Origin: Candidatus Hadarchaeota archaeon
Lineage (GTDB): Archaea > Hadarchaeota > Hadarchaeia > Hadarchaeales > Hadarchaeaceae
DNA: 51,453 nt
Direction: 5' to 3'
Assembly (NCBI GenBank): GCA_040755315.1
Contig: JBFMBF010000006.1
Location: 1 to 51,453, forward strand
The position numbers and the translations under genes are program-made. Positions 27,701-37,151 of this stretch are shown here, one piece after another (positions within the stretch are counted from its first letter, which is position 1; the number at the start of each line of letters is the position of its first letter). The notes under the pieces are model-generated. The model searched no databases and was not told the origin of the DNA. It saw only the letters and a list, made by a program, of their open reading frames with translations.

Positions 27701-28419
27701 CCCCAACGTGACGTCCAGCCTGCACTCGCGGTAGCTTGGATCCAGTTCTCGCCGTCGGAGGAGTACCAGACGCTCCGGTCGGCGCCACCAAGCACCCACA
27801 TCTTGTTGTTGAAAACAACCATCGTGTGATTTCTCCGCGAACTCCAGCCTGCACTCGCGGTAGCTTGGATCCAGTTCTCGCCGTCGGAGGAGTACCAAAC
27901 ATCTCTCCTGTTGCTTCCATCGCTGCCCACTCCTCCTGTAATCCAAATCTTTCCATCGTAGCCCACCGAAGCATGCCCGTATCTCTCGGGCCAAGCCGCG
28001 CTTGCTATCGCCTGTGAATCAACGTATGGTAAAATGGCGTTGCCCCAGTTGCTTACACATGTTGCTGATGCATTATCGTAGTAAACATAAACCAGGTTAT
28101 CAATGTTTTCCGCTCGTCTTACCCACACCGTCGCATTGTCAGATGTGTAATTTTCAATCCAGTAATTCAGTACTCCAGAGCTCTCGTTCTCAAGAAAGCG
28201 GAGGTCGTCGTAGTCTGGTTGCATCCCTTGGAGGTATGGAATTACCACTTTCAGATGGTAGTTCTCTGGGTGTGAACCTGAAATCGTGGCTGGAAGGCGA
28301 CGGCTCCAGTTGTCATTCCACCACGCCGGATCAGCCTCACCAAGCGGAACCATTCCAAATATCACTATAACTAGCCCAAAAAACACTAGGACGCAATTCA
28401 GGGATAGAGACATACTCAT
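24727..28419 (-). CDS. Large cell-surface protein: DUF2341-like, Kelch-like propeller, parallel beta-helix, FnIII, Ig-like repeats, C-terminal TM
   Basis: Signal peptide; DLRF..L.YWIE..VWV; repeated VWYSSDGENW.QAT.SAGW..R..H; Asn-rich beta-helix; TTYHYRV; S/T-rich Ig repeats; PHFST then TM anchor. Confidence 0.85.
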   Translation of the reverse strand: MSMSLSLNCVLVFFGLVIVIFGMVPLGEADPAWWNDNWSRRLPATISGSHPENYHLKVVIPYLQGMQPDYDDLRFLENESSGVLNYWIENYTSDNATVWVRRAENIDNLVYVYYDNASATCVSNWGNAILPYVDSQAIASAAWPERYGHASVGYDGKIWITGGVGSDGSNRRDVWYSSDGENWIQATASAGWSSRRNHTMVVFNNKMWVLGGADRSVWYSSDGENWIQATASAGWTSRWGHSSLVFNNKMWVIGGYDGNYKNDVWYSSDGENWIQATSSATWTARHSHASVVFGGKMWVFGGAFGSTPFYKNDVWYSADGENWTQATASAGWSARKYHASVVFDNKMWVIGGSPEGWNEYNSSVWYSADGENWTQATASAGWSQRYEHASVVFDDMVWVTGGYDGNYKNDVWRLLRRHVSPKPIVNIWPKRPPIYIQGDESFTPFNGVFSGSGAKNDPYIIENWVISASSANGIHIKNTTKYFVVRNVTVENGGTTYHGIYLDNAINGRVENNSVKNNNYGIYVYRADNSVLSRSRVDNNSYGILLYFSSNDNLDNNTLENNRYNFGVNGDDISHTVHNVDNSNTVNGKSIVYLVGKKNLVINQDNSIGFLGLVQCDNLLVENILVENSLEGIFLAGTENSIIRYNTFNNNYNGILLYLADNNLVSNHVVTNSFWNGATLTESNGNIFSNNTVESSGNYDVYVFSGSYNNTLQANVHSTSYGTPRIASVGASNITTNSATITWTTVENSTGEVEYGTTISYGFTATDGTTTSHSVGLSALSANTTYHYRVKSKDNDNNLVVSSDYTLTTSSPPPSKTNTTVTMDASSFSLVSGGSRTLTATLKDNTGNPLSGKTVSWSKTAGSLSTTSGATNSSGQASVTFTAQTVTTSENVTITASFAGDSSYNSSSGTSAGTIYPVPTVTSSLVIVPSSFTIGSGENVVLTATLTFGGGPIAGRTISWSKTAGSLSTASSTTNSSGQATVTFAAPDVTAQTTGTITASFSGDSSYLSSSATSTATVLVKEVAQTLENLKDNLANQNTEFGILLENENLRLFENAFVNGNLGAVMTITIEVDKPGIAIGYEHGDVRTQVADVKVGERIVLTVSSDVENGKTVVVGVDNKVLPTGWISRVQVDNVEISPADDYADVLDPTNENVPEYFILKGGNGAQILISIPHFSTRTITISTLPTLPTLSIPPVYLILVAAIIFVVIILAIIWRQLSIGTKRLQKLKK
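27278..27897. repeat. Intragenic exact direct repeats in Kelch blades
   Basis: 50-bp identical pair at 27278-27327 and 27428-27477; 55-bp identical pair at 27714-27768 and 27843-27897. Confidence 0.9.
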
Positions 28420-28449
28420 CAGCTTCCAAAATAATCCTCAACTTTGCTT

Positions 28450-29085
28450 TCATCCCCAAGTCCACAACGTCACAGAAAAGTCTATTGATGTTCCGGCCCG
28501 CAGTATCCATCCATTGCCGTTGTTGTCAAAAACCGCGTTGTAGCGTATCCACCCGTTTGGGCCACCGTAGTTGCTGTTTTCAAACACATATTCCATCACA
28601 TCAGTCGAGTTCTCTGAATACGTAAACTCACCACTTGTTGTGAGAGATATCTTAGTGTTTTCCTTACGCGCGTATGCCATTACATAAGGCGCACTTCCAG
28701 GAGCGCTTACCTTGGCCGCCGCCGCCATAACAAATCTGACTTCGTAGGGGATGGTTACGGGGTCAACGCCGCCCTCGTACACGCACACCGGATCGTTGTC
28801 GGTAATCCAAGCCTGCCCGTTGTCACCAAAATTTTGGTTGTAGCGCTGGATTTGGTAGTCGAGAATGTAAACATTTTCAAACCCTGCCACGGCTGGAACG
28901 CCGCCTGCGAGGCCCATCGGGAGTTTTGGATTTTTACTGTCCCAAACTTCCACAATATTCCACGCTGGAGCGACGGGTCCAGACATCTGCCACCCAAGCA
29001 CTGCTGCCACTACAAAAACGACCGTAGCCAGCCCTGCCCAAGGGAGCATCCTCACCTCTTTTCTCACAAATCTAGGTTGGGACAC
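28450..29085 (-). CDS. Hypothetical secreted or membrane-anchored protein
   Basis: 211-aa ORF with N-terminal hydrophobic helix and a beta-rich, Asn/aromatic-rich body; precedes the surface protein. Confidence 0.75.
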   Translation of the reverse strand: MSQPRFVRKEVRMLPWAGLATVVFVVAAVLGWQMSGPVAPAWNIVEVWDSKNPKLPMGLAGGVPAVAGFENVYILDYQIQRYNQNFGDNGQAWITDNDPVCVYEGGVDPVTIPYEVRFVMAAAAKVSAPGSAPYVMAYARKENTKISLTTSGEFTYSENSTDVMEYVFENSNYGGPNGWIRYNAVFDNNGNGWILRAGTSIDFSVTLWTWG

Positions 29086-29152
29086 GGCGATAAATAATTA
29101 GCAATCGGGAAAAAAGAAGTTTCGGCAAGGGGCGAAACCTTTTCATTGGGTC

Positions 29153-29240
29153 TGGCGCCGGGGAGGGGATTTGAACCCCTGCTCTCCGAAGGAGAACCAG
29201 ATCTCGAGTCTGGCGCGTTACCTGGCTTCGCTACCCCGGC
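29153..29240 (-). tRNA. tRNA-Ser(CGA)
   Basis: GCCGGGG acceptor, CCAGA-CT-CGA-GA-TCTGG, long variable arm TCTCC-TTC-GGAGA, GGTTCAAATCC, encoded CCA. Confidence 0.96.
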
Positions 29241-29316
29241 ACCAGATGGACTTGAACAGGGTTTGAATAAAGTTACCGTGTTCGGCGGTATCTGAAATCA
29301 TTCCATTCCATCCAAC

Positions 29317-31227
29317 TCAGTAAACGCCCCTGTTGAAGTGCCCAGTCGTGTAACCCTTCCTGATCCTGCGGTCATCGAAAGGTTCAAAGTTCAATATTTT
29401 CCTGTAAATCCTGACAAATTTGTCAACGTCCTTTTCAACATCGACGAGAAAATATTTCACGCCTGCTTTGACGTAATCGCGGGCCTTGTTGAACAAACCA
29501 AGCTGCCTCATGTTGAGCACCTCTGTCACGCCATGGTTCCGCCTTACCCTGAAACTTCTGCCTTCGCTGTCTACCAACTCCGCGGCCGAAAGCTTCTGCT
29601 TGCTGTTCATCAGGATGATGTCTCCGTGGGTAAGAACTATGAACCGCTTGTTTCTCAGGGCCGAGACTTCTTTGAAATTCAGTTCCGGAGAAATTATTGG
29701 TACGGCGGGATAACATTTCAAGTCTACATCGTTGAAGCAGTTGAAAGAGTAATCGAGATGCATCTTGTAACCGTTTAATAACCTCAGCAACCCCCTGTCC
29801 GCCACCAGGACTCCATCGGGCCTGATTTCTTCAATTTTTCCGGCGACATCTGTGATTTGTTCGTCGGAAAGTATCCTCTGTGTGTAAACGAAAAATCCGG
29901 AGTTCTTCAGCAGGCCCTTGACTTTGCCGCAGTCGTCTTTCAGCACATCGTAATACACTATGTCGGCTTTTGCCCTGTCCGCAGCCAAGGCAGATTTTTT
30001 GTTGTAAACCTTGGCGAAAATTTTAACCTCGGACTCGTTCTCTACTGGCGCAAATTCCGGCAGGGCTATTTTTGATTTTTTGACTTCGCCCCTCACTGAA
30101 GTTACCTCATCACCTAAATCCAACTTCATTCCTGCTGAAGAAGTCTTGAAAACTGGGTCGCCGCTTTTAGCGCCTTTTGTATCGATTTTCACAACATCTC
30201 CAGCGAACGCTTCATTTACGGTCACACCATCCTTGGTAATCCTATTCACGACGTATCCCCTGACTTTATCTCCAACCCAAATCCCGACCCCATCGCCGCG
30301 CTTTAGGCCGCGCTCGAGCTTCAGCTTTCCATCCATGAACTTTCCAATGTAAACACCCCTGTTCATCGGCATCCTTGCGTCCACCACGCTATCGCAGAAC
30401 CCGAACCCCTCCGTGAACTCCCTGTTGAAAACTAGTTTGAGCTCATCGATGTCTTTTTGATCCACCGAAAAATTGCCGGCATAGTAGGCATCGATGTACT
30501 TCCTGTAAATCCTCGCTACCGTGGCAACATACAGCGGGCGCCTCATCCGACCCTCGACCTTGAAAGCCGCCGCCCCCGTCTCAATCAGCTTGGGGATGTT
30601 TGAAAGCAAACAGAGGTCCATGGTGCTGAGCGGGTAACTATCGTTGTACTTCAACCTGCAGGGCTGGGCGCACAACCCCCTGTTAGCGCTTCTTCCACCA
30701 ACAACCGAGGAAAACAGACACTGCCCGCTGTAACTGAAACAAAGGGCGCCATGGACAAAAACCTCCGCACGGCGCTCCTTTGAGATGGCCGCCACCTCCT
30801 GCAGCGCAAGCTCTCTAGCAAGTATTACCCTGTCAACTCCCTCTGGGATGGAGTGGCTGTTCACTGTGGTGGCCTGGGTTGAAAGGTGCACAGCCAGGTT
30901 TGGGAAATTATGTTTGATCAACGGGATTAAACACGGATCTTGGACAATTATCGCGTCCGCCTTGGCAGAATCTGCAACATTTATCAGTCTGAAATATTCC
31001 TCAAGCTCGTGGTTCTTGACCAAAGTGTTGAACGCGACATAAACTTTGACATTCCTTTTGTGGCAGTAGTCGATTGCGCCGAAGATGCTGCTCTCGTCAA
31101 AGTTTGCGGCGCCCCGCCTAGCGTTGAACTTCTTCAACCCAAGGTAGACTGCGTCAGCACCGTTGTTCACAGCGGCCCTGAGGCATGTCTCATCTCCAGC
31201 CGGAAGTAGTAGCTCGACTTTTTGCAT
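29317..31227 (-). CDS. Peptidase U32 family protein (RlhA-like)
   Basis: ELLLPAG, GADAVYLG, HLSTQ, EVFVHGALCFSYSGQCLFSS, NRGLCAQPCR, KVEGRMR. Confidence 0.92.
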   Translation of the reverse strand: MQKVELLLPAGDETCLRAAVNNGADAVYLGLKKFNARRGAANFDESSIFGAIDYCHKRNVKVYVAFNTLVKNHELEEYFRLINVADSAKADAIIVQDPCLIPLIKHNFPNLAVHLSTQATTVNSHSIPEGVDRVILARELALQEVAAISKERRAEVFVHGALCFSYSGQCLFSSVVGGRSANRGLCAQPCRLKYNDSYPLSTMDLCLLSNIPKLIETGAAAFKVEGRMRRPLYVATVARIYRKYIDAYYAGNFSVDQKDIDELKLVFNREFTEGFGFCDSVVDARMPMNRGVYIGKFMDGKLKLERGLKRGDGVGIWVGDKVRGYVVNRITKDGVTVNEAFAGDVVKIDTKGAKSGDPVFKTSSAGMKLDLGDEVTSVRGEVKKSKIALPEFAPVENESEVKIFAKVYNKKSALAADRAKADIVYYDVLKDDCGKVKGLLKNSGFFVYTQRILSDEQITDVAGKIEEIRPDGVLVADRGLLRLLNGYKMHLDYSFNCFNDVDLKCYPAVPIISPELNFKEVSALRNKRFIVLTHGDIILMNSKQKLSAAELVDSEGRSFRVRRNHGVTEVLNMRQLGLFNKARDYVKAGVKYFLVDVEKDVDKFVRIYRKILNFEPFDDRRIRKGYTTGHFNRGVY

Positions 31228-31277
31228 GCGAGTTAATATTGACGGCTTTCTAAAAAGCAGAGCACGGTAAGTATTCG

Positions 31278-34200
31278 CTACAAGAAGTCTGCGAGGCTCG
31301 TCTGCCTCGCGGCGTCGCTCTCAAACGTGGACTTTATGTCCCGCTGCGAAAGCATAAGGCGCTGTTTGGTGTAATCGCTGACGTTGTACTTATCCGCCAA
31401 GTTCATCGCGACCATCAGGTACTTCTCTGCGCCCCCCTTGGAAATCGTCAGGATCAGTTTCCCCCCACATCGGCCGCAAACTCCGTTCAGAGGTATCCTC
31501 CTGTGGTGGTTGTTGCAGTTTATGCACCTGACCTCCTGGGCTGCAAACTTTCGAGTGTTCCCCTTTAAATCCGGGATGAAGTGGTGCTCTATTACCAACT
31601 CCGCAACATCCCTCTCGTCGACCGCGCGGATTTTCTCTGCCAGCCCCAGCTGCGCCTGCAATTTTTCCTCCATCGTCTCCAACGTCTTGTACTTGCTCTC
31701 CAACGAGCCGGAAGAAAAGTCGCTTGTGTCGAAGGAGAACATCATCCCCTCATACTGCTCTTTTTTATCAAGCCTACTGGCCACTGTACTCATGAACTTG
31801 AGCTTGCCTGGACTCTCGAACCTCAGCGTGGCCTTGTAAAATTCGAGTGGATACCTCTCCATGACATCCATGTTGTGCGCCTGCTTGTCTATCTCCTTCG
31901 GGTTTATCTTCATGTTGAGGATTAGTGGAGCGTCCATCCTCCCTCCCCTCCCGGAGGGCAGGAACCTCTTGCTGAAATTCAGGAGGGCATCAAGCAGAAG
32001 CATGACACAGTCTTCGTCCCCGTCGCAGTCCCTTCTTTTGGCCGCGTGGAAGAACGGGTGAGCATACCCTACGCTGGCTTTTGTGAAACCTATTATCCTG
32101 CCTGCCGTCCCCACTGAAGTGTGCGGAGCCAGCCCAAGCACAACATGACCAACGAGGTCTTCGATGGTCCTCGCAGAATAGTGTGGAGCTAGTCCGTACA
32201 CTTTCTGAAGCAGATCGTCTACGAAATTTGAAGCCCGCAAAAGATAGTCAGCTGCCTTGCTGGACAGAATAATGTCCTGAACCTTCATCTCAGCCACCTG
32301 GTCCTCGCTCTCAAGCGGTTGCCCGCGGAAGTCTTTTGTGTATCCCAACTCCCGCAGCCGCTCGACCGGGACTCCTATCTCCCTTGGCCTGAAGTGGGTG
32401 AGAGGAACGTCCGTGGCGTCGAACCTCACCGTCCCGTCCTTGAAAACGTAAACATCATGCTTGGCGCGCAGTATCCCCTTCTCAATAGGCTCCGGTATCT
32501 TGTACTCGCTCGTCATTCCCTGGACTCCCTTCACCAGTTCCGGCATTTCCTCGCCGAGCCGGGCCACCGCTGCGTCCAGCAAAGATTTCAAATCAATTTT
32601 TCTCTTGCTGAAATACTCCGACCTTGCGTTGCACCTCGGGCACTTCTCACCTCCCATGGGCTGCCCACACATAGGACAAACTTTCAGGTACTCCGCCACC
32701 GCGCCGCACGCTTGGCATTTCCTCGAGAAAGAAGTGGCGCCACACTGCTTGCATTCCAGCTTCGCCACCTCCACCTCGACTTCACCCTTGCTGGCTGCAT
32801 CCACCAAGTTCCTCATCTTCCCCCCGGCGAATCCAACAGGGAAAAGCATGTGCACGGGCGGCTTCATCTCCCTCGGGTTGGCTTTCTCCGGCCTGCCCAT
32901 CCTTGCGCCGATGTAAGTCGGGGCTTTTTTTCTTACGGTGAACCCGGCGAGCGCGCCGACAATCTCGTTTATTTCCTTGGTCTGGCTAGACTGCAATGTC
33001 TCTTGAAGCTTTTCGACGTTCAACTCTTCCCCTTTAATCAGCCCCAAACACCTGCACAAGGGGAGCGCGTGATCCTCAAGCACCACTCTGCCGTCACTCA
33101 TCGTGTGCGGGACTCCAAGCTCCTCAAGCAAGCGCTTCATCGACGGGTCAACCGAAATGGTGAGAGAGACCAGCCGGCCATCGCTGAACTCTGCCACTCC
33201 TGACGAAAGCCAACGGCCAAGCTCCCAAAGCTCCTCGAACGCCATGGAGTGGTATGGATACGTGTACGCTGGGTGAAGCGGCACTCCAAGTTCTTCCGAT
33301 ATTTTAATCGCCAGTTCTGACGCTGGTCTGGGATAAGGCGGAGAAATGTAACGAGATATTTCCTCCGCAAACCCGCGCCCGCCGAGCGCGAGCTCCACCT
33401 CCTGTGCCCACCACTCCTCACAATAACCAGACGGCACCAGCGGATGGTTGTTTTCCAGAAACTCACCGAACCCAATCAATATGTCGCCGAGGAAGAGGAT
33501 TTCAACCACTCTCTCGCGGAGCTGTAACGCCTCCTCAACCGTGTTTATTCTTACAACCGAGCCATCATCCAGCTTGACCACCGGCCCCTCGATAGAATCA
33601 ACTGACGTGACCGCGCCGCCTTTTCCGGGCCGCTCGGTCTTCAGCTGGGTGCCAACCGCTATGAACTCATTGCAGATCACCATGGTGGCCGGATGGACAC
33701 CGACCGCGGCTATGCCTGTGTTTCTGGACCTGCCATAGCGCAGCCTGAAGCCGCCATCTTTTCCCCTGCCCGTTCCGGGATGGGAAAAAACAGGCCTACC
33801 AGCAATGACTTCGTCCAAATACTTGTGCTCCTCATCCACCTGCTCGGCCTCCGCCACAAGGTAATCTTTCTCTCCCCGATGCTCCGTCTTGACCTCCTCC
33901 GTGGGGGTCTTTGTAGTAAACTCTGAAAGCCATCCCCAGCCGTCGATGTGGAGCTTCTCAACATATTTCTTTATCTTCTGCGCCTTTTGAACCACTCCTT
34001 CAATCAGCACCAGAATCGCGCCGCCCCTGATGAAGTTGTGTTCCACCCTCTCCAGATCCCTGTAAGCTGTAACCTGGAGGCTCTTGTCCGTGGGCTCCCC
34101 GGTAATCTCCACCGGAAGGTTCCTGAGTGCCAATCTCACCTCGTCCGCTGAAGGGGTGTACTGCTCCCGCGCAACTATTTTGTAAAGGTCCACCTCTTCA

Positions 34201-34784
34201 ACAAACCTCTCGACCTCTCTTTCGGTGGGCTTGTATGGGTCAAGGTAAAGCCTGCGCCTCACAAAATCTCCAGCAAGCACTGAAAGGGCTGCCGCAGTCC
34301 CTCCCGCCGCCCTTATGGGGCTGGCGTAGTAAAGAGCCAAGTATTGGGTGCCGTCCGCGTTTTTCTTTATCTTCACTTCGGTTATCCCTTCAAGAGGGGC
34401 AACAACTATCCCCTCTGTCAGTATGGCAAGCGCTGTCCTGATTGCCTGCTCCGCCGTCTGCTTCTCGTCTGCGCGCCCGAACTTTCCATCCACTATCATC
34501 TCCGCAATCTTCAGCGCCATTTCCTCCCTGGCCATGGCCTTCTCCTCTCCAGACTCTAGGTCTATCTCCCGATTTTTCTCCAACTCTCGGATTGCCGCGG
34601 CCACGCCCACCGGCCCCACGAGGGTCTCGACCCTAGCGGCGAGGTCTCCTGCCATCGGGATTTCCGGCTCAAGCTCGGGGTCTTTGCCTAGCGCTCTGGC
34701 CTTTCTTGCCACCTCGTAGATCTCTTTTATTTTTCGTTCAAGTTCCCCGAAGTAGCTCTCCATTTCTTTGCTCATTGCCGGCAA
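31278..34784 (-). CDS. polC: DNA polymerase D large subunit DP2
   Basis: GFRLRYGRSR, IGARMGRPEKA, HAAKRRDCDGDED, Zn fingers; no intein. Confidence 0.98.
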   Translation of the reverse strand: MPAMSKEMESYFGELERKIKEIYEVARKARALGKDPELEPEIPMAGDLAARVETLVGPVGVAAAIRELEKNREIDLESGEEKAMAREEMALKIAEMIVDGKFGRADEKQTAEQAIRTALAILTEGIVVAPLEGITEVKIKKNADGTQYLALYYASPIRAAGGTAAALSVLAGDFVRRRLYLDPYKPTEREVERFVEEVDLYKIVAREQYTPSADEVRLALRNLPVEITGEPTDKSLQVTAYRDLERVEHNFIRGGAILVLIEGVVQKAQKIKKYVEKLHIDGWGWLSEFTTKTPTEEVKTEHRGEKDYLVAEAEQVDEEHKYLDEVIAGRPVFSHPGTGRGKDGGFRLRYGRSRNTGIAAVGVHPATMVICNEFIAVGTQLKTERPGKGGAVTSVDSIEGPVVKLDDGSVVRINTVEEALQLRERVVEILFLGDILIGFGEFLENNHPLVPSGYCEEWWAQEVELALGGRGFAEEISRYISPPYPRPASELAIKISEELGVPLHPAYTYPYHSMAFEELWELGRWLSSGVAEFSDGRLVSLTISVDPSMKRLLEELGVPHTMSDGRVVLEDHALPLCRCLGLIKGEELNVEKLQETLQSSQTKEINEIVGALAGFTVRKKAPTYIGARMGRPEKANPREMKPPVHMLFPVGFAGGKMRNLVDAASKGEVEVEVAKLECKQCGATSFSRKCQACGAVAEYLKVCPMCGQPMGGEKCPRCNARSEYFSKRKIDLKSLLDAAVARLGEEMPELVKGVQGMTSEYKIPEPIEKGILRAKHDVYVFKDGTVRFDATDVPLTHFRPREIGVPVERLRELGYTKDFRGQPLESEDQVAEMKVQDIILSSKAADYLLRASNFVDDLLQKVYGLAPHYSARTIEDLVGHVVLGLAPHTSVGTAGRIIGFTKASVGYAHPFFHAAKRRDCDGDEDCVMLLLDALLNFSKRFLPSGRGGRMDAPLILNMKINPKEIDKQAHNMDVMERYPLEFYKATLRFESPGKLKFMSTVASRLDKKEQYEGMMFSFDTSDFSSGSLESKYKTLETMEEKLQAQLGLAEKIRAVDERDVAELVIEHHFIPDLKGNTRKFAAQEVRCINCNNHHRRIPLNGVCGRCGGKLILTISKGGAEKYLMVAMNLADKYNVSDYTKQRLMLSQRDIKSTFESDAARQTSLADFL

Positions 34785-35578
34785 CTGACCGCCTCCGCCA
34801 AGTTTTTAGAAACAAAATCTGGAGCCATCTTGGTGCCCCTAACTCTCTTTTCATCTTCGAGTGTGCAGACCCCGCTAAGCACAAGAACCGTCCGCAACCC
34901 GAGCTTTTTTCCAACCGCCACATCCATGTCAATCCTATCTCCGACAACCGCGGTCTTCCGCCCGGTCCCCAGCTTCTCCAGCGCCATCCTTATCATCATG
35001 AGCGATGGTTTCCCGACCACCAAGCTTGGCCCCTTTCCAAAGCAGCCTGCCAGCGCGCCGATGGTTGCTCCTGCGCCGGGTGACAGCCCTGCCTCCGTTG
35101 GGTATGTCGGGTCTGGGTTCGTCGCTATGAACTCGGCGCCGGCTAAAAGAGCCTGTAAACCGGCCGCAATTTTTTCGTATCTAAAATTCTTGTCTATCCC
35201 CACAACAACGTGGGTCGCGTTCTTCGCTTTTGAGGAAGGAACAACATCTACTCCAGCTAGCTTCAGCTCCTCCAAAAGCCCGATTTCTCCAATAGGGTAA
35301 ACCTTGGCCCTCGGAGCGTGTTTCTTGAGATATACTGCTGCAGCATGACCAGAAGTTATGATTTCAGATTTATCGGCTTCAATCCCAATCATCCTGAGCT
35401 TTTTGACATAGGCGACACGGGAGTGGGCGGAATTATTCGTGGAAAAGACCACGCGCCTGCCCTCATCCCTAAGGCATTTCACAGCTTTCGCAGACCCAAC
35501 AATCGGCTGGTTGCCGCGGTAGAGCACTCCGTCCATGTCCAGAATCACGCCTGAAATTCCGTCGAAGGCTTTGCCCAA
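34772..35578 (-). CDS. HAD-superfamily IIA hydrolase (NagD-like)
   Basis: DMDGVL, TNNS, TNPD, GKPS, GDRIDMD. Confidence 0.93.
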   Translation of the reverse strand: MGKAFDGISGVILDMDGVLYRGNQPIVGSAKAVKCLRDEGRRVVFSTNNSAHSRVAYVKKLRMIGIEADKSEIITSGHAAAVYLKKHAPRAKVYPIGEIGLLEELKLAGVDVVPSSKAKNATHVVVGIDKNFRYEKIAAGLQALLAGAEFIATNPDPTYPTEAGLSPGAGATIGALAGCFGKGPSLVVGKPSLMMIRMALEKLGTGRKTAVVGDRIDMDVAVGKKLGLRTVLVLSGVCTLEDEKRVRGTKMAPDFVSKNLAEAVSCRQ

Positions 35579-35582
35579 TCCA

Positions 35583-37148
35583 TCACCCCAGCAGCTGCTC
35601 CCCCCACAGGTCCAACGTCAGAAGGTTGTTTTTCTGAAGGTCCAAGATCGGCACAAGGCCGGGAGTCGGCTCCACGCCCATCTTCTGCATGTATTGGGTT
35701 TTTTCTTGAAAAGTCCCGGAGTTCACAGCCCAAACATTGCGGTACTGCTCGCAGCCGTAAACATGCACATGGCCGCAGTGGAATACATCTGGAACTTCAT
35801 CCATCACCAGCAGGTCCTCCCGCTCCGGGGAAATTGCCGCCCTTCCGCCGTAAATCGGCGCCATGTGTCGCTTCTGCAGCAGCTTCACCATCATCGAAGA
35901 AGGCTTTTTCCGGCTAAGACCAGGCACGGCCGTTATCAAGTCGTCGAAGCTCCTGCCGTGGTAAAGTTGGAAGTTTATCCCCTCTATCGAAACCAGCGCC
36001 GGATTGCCGAGCATCCTGCAGTTGAGGTTGTAAATACCTTCAGCAAGATCCTTTGGGATTGCCGGCTGAGGCTCGGAAGGTCTCACTGCATCGTGATTGC
36101 CCGGCACCACTACCAAAGTGATGTAATCTGGAATCTCGGCCAGAAGCTTTGCCGCCGCGTCGTACTGCTTGTATATGTCCTGGATCAGAAGCTCCCCCAG
36201 CTGCTCCGGGTACACCCCTATGCCGTCCACCACGTCCCCGGCTATCGTGATGTACTTCACCCTGCCGGCCAGCTCGCGCTGTTTTTGATCCCCGACCTCG
36301 CCGCGCAACCATTTGATGAACCTCATGAACAGCTCCTCCAAAAATTTGTCGCTGCCTATGTGAAGGTCTGAAATCTGAACTACGCAGGTTGGCTCAGCTG
36401 GGGCCTTCCGCTCGTGATCAAGAGGAAGGTCCGGCCAAATTATTTCTCTGGTGAAAATCCTTGGGGACCTGTCGCCGCTCCTAACAGAACCAATCACCCC
36501 AACCACCTCGTCCGTCACTGCGTTGTCCGCCTTTTGAAACAGATCGCTGTTTTTGAACACGAAAGCTGTGACCGTCCCGGTCTTGTCTTCAAGCTCCAGC
36601 ATGAGGTGGCCGTTCTTCGACCTGCGCTTGCTTGCCACCATCCCGATTACTTTGACCTGCTCGCCGTCCGCAGCACTCCTCAGGCTCCCGATGCTTGCGG
36701 CCCCGCTCAGCTCTGTTCTCCTGTGGAGAATGCGCGAGAGCTTATCGAACCTGTCGTTGAAGAGCCTCACGAAGTCCTTGATGCTCCCCTCGCCGTAGCT
36801 CCTCCCCGTCACGTCCTTGATTACCCTAATCCTGGACTCATGCTCGGCCGCGAACGGCGTGAATTTTTTGTGAGCGAGTTCCGGCAGCCGCTTTTCGGGC
36901 AAAGAAGGCGCGGCTTTTTCCAGCCGGAGTGGAACAACCTCCTGAACGCTGCTTGGTTCCCCTTCCAAAATCTTGGAAATCATGTCGGCCGTCACCATGG
37001 ACGGTCTCGACTGCATTTTTTTCAAAACCTCCAGAACATGGTCGGCCACAACCTCGGCATCCTGACGCTGGCGGATATTGTCAAATGCATCTTCCGTAAG
37101 CTGCAGGTCGGCCTCCATGAACTTTTTTACAAGCTCGCCGGCGTCCAT
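35583..37148 (-). CDS. polB: DNA polymerase D small subunit DP1
   Basis: OB fold; SDLHIGS, GDVVDGIGVYP, PGNHD, YHGRS, GHVH phosphoesterase motifs. Confidence 0.97.
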   Translation of the reverse strand: MDAGELVKKFMEADLQLTEDAFDNIRQRQDAEVVADHVLEVLKKMQSRPSMVTADMISKILEGEPSSVQEVVPLRLEKAAPSLPEKRLPELAHKKFTPFAAEHESRIRVIKDVTGRSYGEGSIKDFVRLFNDRFDKLSRILHRRTELSGAASIGSLRSAADGEQVKVIGMVASKRRSKNGHLMLELEDKTGTVTAFVFKNSDLFQKADNAVTDEVVGVIGSVRSGDRSPRIFTREIIWPDLPLDHERKAPAEPTCVVQISDLHIGSDKFLEELFMRFIKWLRGEVGDQKQRELAGRVKYITIAGDVVDGIGVYPEQLGELLIQDIYKQYDAAAKLLAEIPDYITLVVVPGNHDAVRPSEPQPAIPKDLAEGIYNLNCRMLGNPALVSIEGINFQLYHGRSFDDLITAVPGLSRKKPSSMMVKLLQKRHMAPIYGGRAAISPEREDLLVMDEVPDVFHCGHVHVYGCEQYRNVWAVNSGTFQEKTQYMQKMGVEPTPGLVPILDLQKNNLLTLDLWGEQLLG

Positions 37149-37151
37149 GCT

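Noticed and set aside
27278..27897. CRISPR array
   Set aside because: Repeats are in-frame Kelch blades inside a CDS, with long spacing and no cas genes
24727..29240. Integrated island at tRNA-Ser
   Set aside because: No integrase and no duplicated tRNA 3' end found
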